Below are positions 61,485-64,000 of a stretch of 64,000 nt of DNA, piece by piece. Location: the NCBI GenBank assembly GCA_965218095.1, contig OZ244587.1:5056001-5120000 (forward strand), given 5' to 3'. The position numbers were made by a program, and so were the translations under genes. Source of the stretch: Candidatus Poribacteria bacterium (GTDB taxonomy: Bacteria > Poribacteria > WGA-4E > PCPOR2b). Position 1 is the stretch's first letter. Each line of letters starts with the position of its first letter. The notes under the pieces were generated by a model that saw nothing but the letters and a program-made list of their open reading frames with translations, had not been told where the DNA came from and did no database searches.

Positions 61485-62387
61485 CTACAGTGGGCGCAGT
61501 TCGACCAGCCGGTACTCGCCAGCGTAGCCAGGCGCCGCCACGTACTGCACAGCTTGCAGGCTGATGGCGTCCACATGCGGGAAGTGGATATGCCCACAGA
61601 GAATTGCCACTAAGTTCTCCGCGTTGGCAACAAGCCGCACGAACTCCAGCGTCGCCGGTGCGTCTTCGCCGATACCCAACCGCCGGCGATCTGCCAGCGG
61701 CCAATCCGGATCGCCAAGCAGAACTGGGGACTGCATTTTCTCGATCGTCGGATCGCGCAGCGTTGGAAGACTCAAAGGGATGTGCGTCAGGATGATCGTC
61801 GGCAGCCCGGCTGCCAGGCCCTTGCGTGTGAATTCCAGTTGGTCTTCACTGATCTGGTAGGTCGAATCGTCAACAGCCAAGAAACGAACCCCGCTGATGT
61901 CTCTGATTGAGTAGTCTGCCTGGCCTGCATGCAACCATGCCAATGCCGGCAACCATGCTTCTCGTAAAATCGCAGGAGGAGCGGTTCCGTCCACTGTTGG
62001 GAATATCCAATCGTGATTGCCGGCGGTGTAGAGCATCGGTGCGCCGGCAATCTCTACCCCTGCGATAACGCCACCCACATTCGCCTGAGATGGAAAATCG
62101 ATGATGTCGCCGGTCAGGGCAATCAGATCCAACGCCTGAGAACTCGCGGCGACCATCATATCGGTAAACGCCTTCTCTGGGGTGATAGGCTTGCCCTGCG
62201 CGTCCCGGTTCTGGTGACGATGGCCAAAGCGATTGCTACGCCCGCGACAGGTCGCAACGTGCTCCGCGTCCCGGTCGTCAATTAGAGCCATATGTGTGTC
62301 TGCTACATGCAGGACACGCACCGGCTGAGTCAATCCTTCGACACCTATGGTGGCGCTGAGATCTGTCCATGAATGGACTATACGCAT
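61485..62387 (-). CDS. Calcineurin-like metallophosphoesterase
   Basis: ADTH, TGDIID, GNHD, THIP, GHIH. Confidence 0.92.
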   Translation of the reverse strand: MRIVHSWTDLSATIGVEGLTQPVRVLHVADTHMALIDDRDAEHVATCRGRSNRFGHRHQNRDAQGKPITPEKAFTDMMVAASSQALDLIALTGDIIDFPSQANVGGVIAGVEIAGAPMLYTAGNHDWIFPTVDGTAPPAILREAWLPALAWLHAGQADYSIRDISGVRFLAVDDSTYQISEDQLEFTRKGLAAGLPTIILTHIPLSLPTLRDPTIEKMQSPVLLGDPDWPLADRRRLGIGEDAPATLEFVRLVANAENLVAILCGHIHFPHVDAISLQAVQYVAAPGYAGEYRLVELRPL

Positions 62388-62469
62388 TCTCGATTCTCCT
62401 ATAGTCTCGAATATGTTCTTTTCACTTTCGGGCTGGTTCCTGACAAAAGTGGCTCAAATGGGGGTCATC

Positions 62470-63615
62470 TCACCTGCCCGGTTCTACCTCTACTCTCCGA
62501 GGACTGGAATTGGTATCAGATCTCTCGCTGAACTGACCCACCCGACGCAGCATCCCCACACCGGATTCTCGTAGGGAGATCGGGAATCGAACCGGCTGAT
62601 TGCCCTGCTGTTGAGATTGGTAGATGGCCATGACCATCTCCAATGAGCGGCGGCCGACCCGGCCATCGCTGCGCAATTCTCCCTGGCCTTCCATGGCTGT
62701 GATGAGTTCATCCAAGGCGGCGACGTAGGTGGAAGTCGGGGCAGGATGGATGGCTTCCTTGGATTGCAGGGAACTCCACTGGAAGCCGCTGTCCGGTTCG
62801 TAGACATCCTGTTCTGCTTGGAAAAGATGGACGCAGTCTTGGTCAAAGCGGATGATGCCTTGAGCGCCGCGGAGTTCAAACGTGCTGTCTGTGTACTCAG
62901 TTAGTTCGGTGGCATGAATCACACCCGTGACACCATTTTTGAATTTCATGAACGCGGCGCTGAAGTCCTCGACCGCCCAGGGCCGCATGCGCTGCTCGGC
63001 CATACCGCAAAGCCAGTCTACCTCGCCGGCGTACATATCCATCAGGTCGAAGTAGTGGGTGAAGTCGTGGAGCAGGGGGCCTTCGTTCTCGCTGCGCCAC
63101 CAGGGGGCGGGTTTGCCTCCATCTATGTAGCAGTACACATGGTTTAGATCGCCGATGGCGCCGTCTGCCAACAAATCCAGGCCGAGGTTCCACTCTGGAT
63201 GCCAGCGACGGTTGTGGTTAATTTGCAGGAGAACGCCAGCGGTATCACAAGCGTCAATCATGCGATCACATTCATCCAGAGAAAGGGCCATCGGCTTTTC
63301 ACAGATGATTGCTTTGGTGGAGGGAGCTGCGGCACAACCGAGGACCATATCACAGTGCAGTTCGGGGTGGGTGGCGACGATGCAAATATCCGGTTTGATC
63401 GCCTCCAGCATCTGGTGGTAGTCGTGATACAGGGCTTGGACATGATAGCGTTTGCCAAAATCTTCAAGTTTGTCGCGTCCCCGATTGACGCCCGTTGCCA
63501 GTTCGCAGTGTTCGCTTTGCTGAGCTGCATCCGCGTGGTTGTCGGGTAGGTCGCCGAAGCTAAACTGGTACGCCACTCGCCCGGTGCCAATCAGCGCAAC
63601 GCGGTATTTTTTCAT
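62470..63615 (-). CDS. Gfo/Idh/MocA family oxidoreductase
   Basis: ALIGTGRVA, IICEKPMA, HDFTHYFD; AAGGAG RBS. Confidence 0.92.
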   Translation of the reverse strand: MKKYRVALIGTGRVAYQFSFGDLPDNHADAAQQSEHCELATGVNRGRDKLEDFGKRYHVQALYHDYHQMLEAIKPDICIVATHPELHCDMVLGCAAAPSTKAIICEKPMALSLDECDRMIDACDTAGVLLQINHNRRWHPEWNLGLDLLADGAIGDLNHVYCYIDGGKPAPWWRSENEGPLLHDFTHYFDLMDMYAGEVDWLCGMAEQRMRPWAVEDFSAAFMKFKNGVTGVIHATELTEYTDSTFELRGAQGIIRFDQDCVHLFQAEQDVYEPDSGFQWSSLQSKEAIHPAPTSTYVAALDELITAMEGQGELRSDGRVGRRSLEMVMAIYQSQQQGNQPVRFPISLRESGVGMLRRVGQFSERSDTNSSPRRVEVEPGR

Positions 63616-63762
63616 GGTTTACTCCTTGGTTAGTTTAGGCGCTTACGTACTTCATATTGAAACAGTGTCGTGTTACCTGAATCGTAGATTGATCGGAATC
63701 AAGTGCGTAATTCCTATTATGGACTTATGCTAGTTTTTTAGGATGTAGATGTCATGTGATTT

Positions 63763-63902
63763 GTAGTAGCGCAATTGCCCTGCTACGCGGGATTCAAAAC
63801 TTCTTAGTCCTTGATGCTTCATCGGGAGCAACTTGCATCCCGATCCATCGGGGTCATTGCGCGCCTCCCCGTGACGTGCGATGAATCGCACGACTACGAA
63901 CG
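63763..63902. repeat. REP-like doublet interrupted by a 78-nt insertion
   Basis: Same arms as 21122-21183; insert 63777-63854 splits AATT|CATTGCGCG. Confidence 0.7.
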
Positions 63903-64000
63903 AAACTAAGATCCTATTGGTGTTGAGTTTGTTGATCAGTATCACCACCTTGATACCGACTGCTATGGTATCCGAGCGATTGCCAATTGGAGAACCCCTT

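Noticed and set aside
1-64000. CRISPR array, cas genes, rRNA or tRNA
   Set aside because: No regularly spaced repeat-spacer series or recognisable RNA gene was seen by eye; tRNAscan-SE and a CRISPR finder were not run

Overview
Bacterial chromosomal window. The gene content suggests Candidatus Poribacteria or a similar lineage (inference): several PhyH dioxygenases, six Gfo/Idh/MocA oxidoreductases, large glycoside-hydrolase-like proteins and an '...ATRKMLxxK' C-terminal tail. Housekeeping genes are an ABC-F ATPase, comF, purF, and a polA-polX-NUDIX cluster. The window also holds many mobile elements: two apparently identical copies and one relative of a ~1.1 kb DDE IS with GAGGGGTG ends, an intact IS5/IS427-type element, IS remnants, REP-like doublets and ~30-nt dispersed palindromic inserts. 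The most unusual object is a 3.9 kb IS1595-family element (39600-43534) with inverted repeats and a 9-bp target duplication. Its cargo is laid out as repeated 'variable gene + same 83-aa gene' modules, bracketed by a duplicated 3' end of the transposase gene and followed by a hairpin-dense candidate ncRNA. Several genes are broken by stops at likely Trp codons, 1-nt indels or short tandem duplications, reflecting either gene decay or sequencing error. A visibly GC-richer carbohydrate/aminosugar island spans about 48-60 kb. No rRNA, tRNA or CRISPR array was seen.
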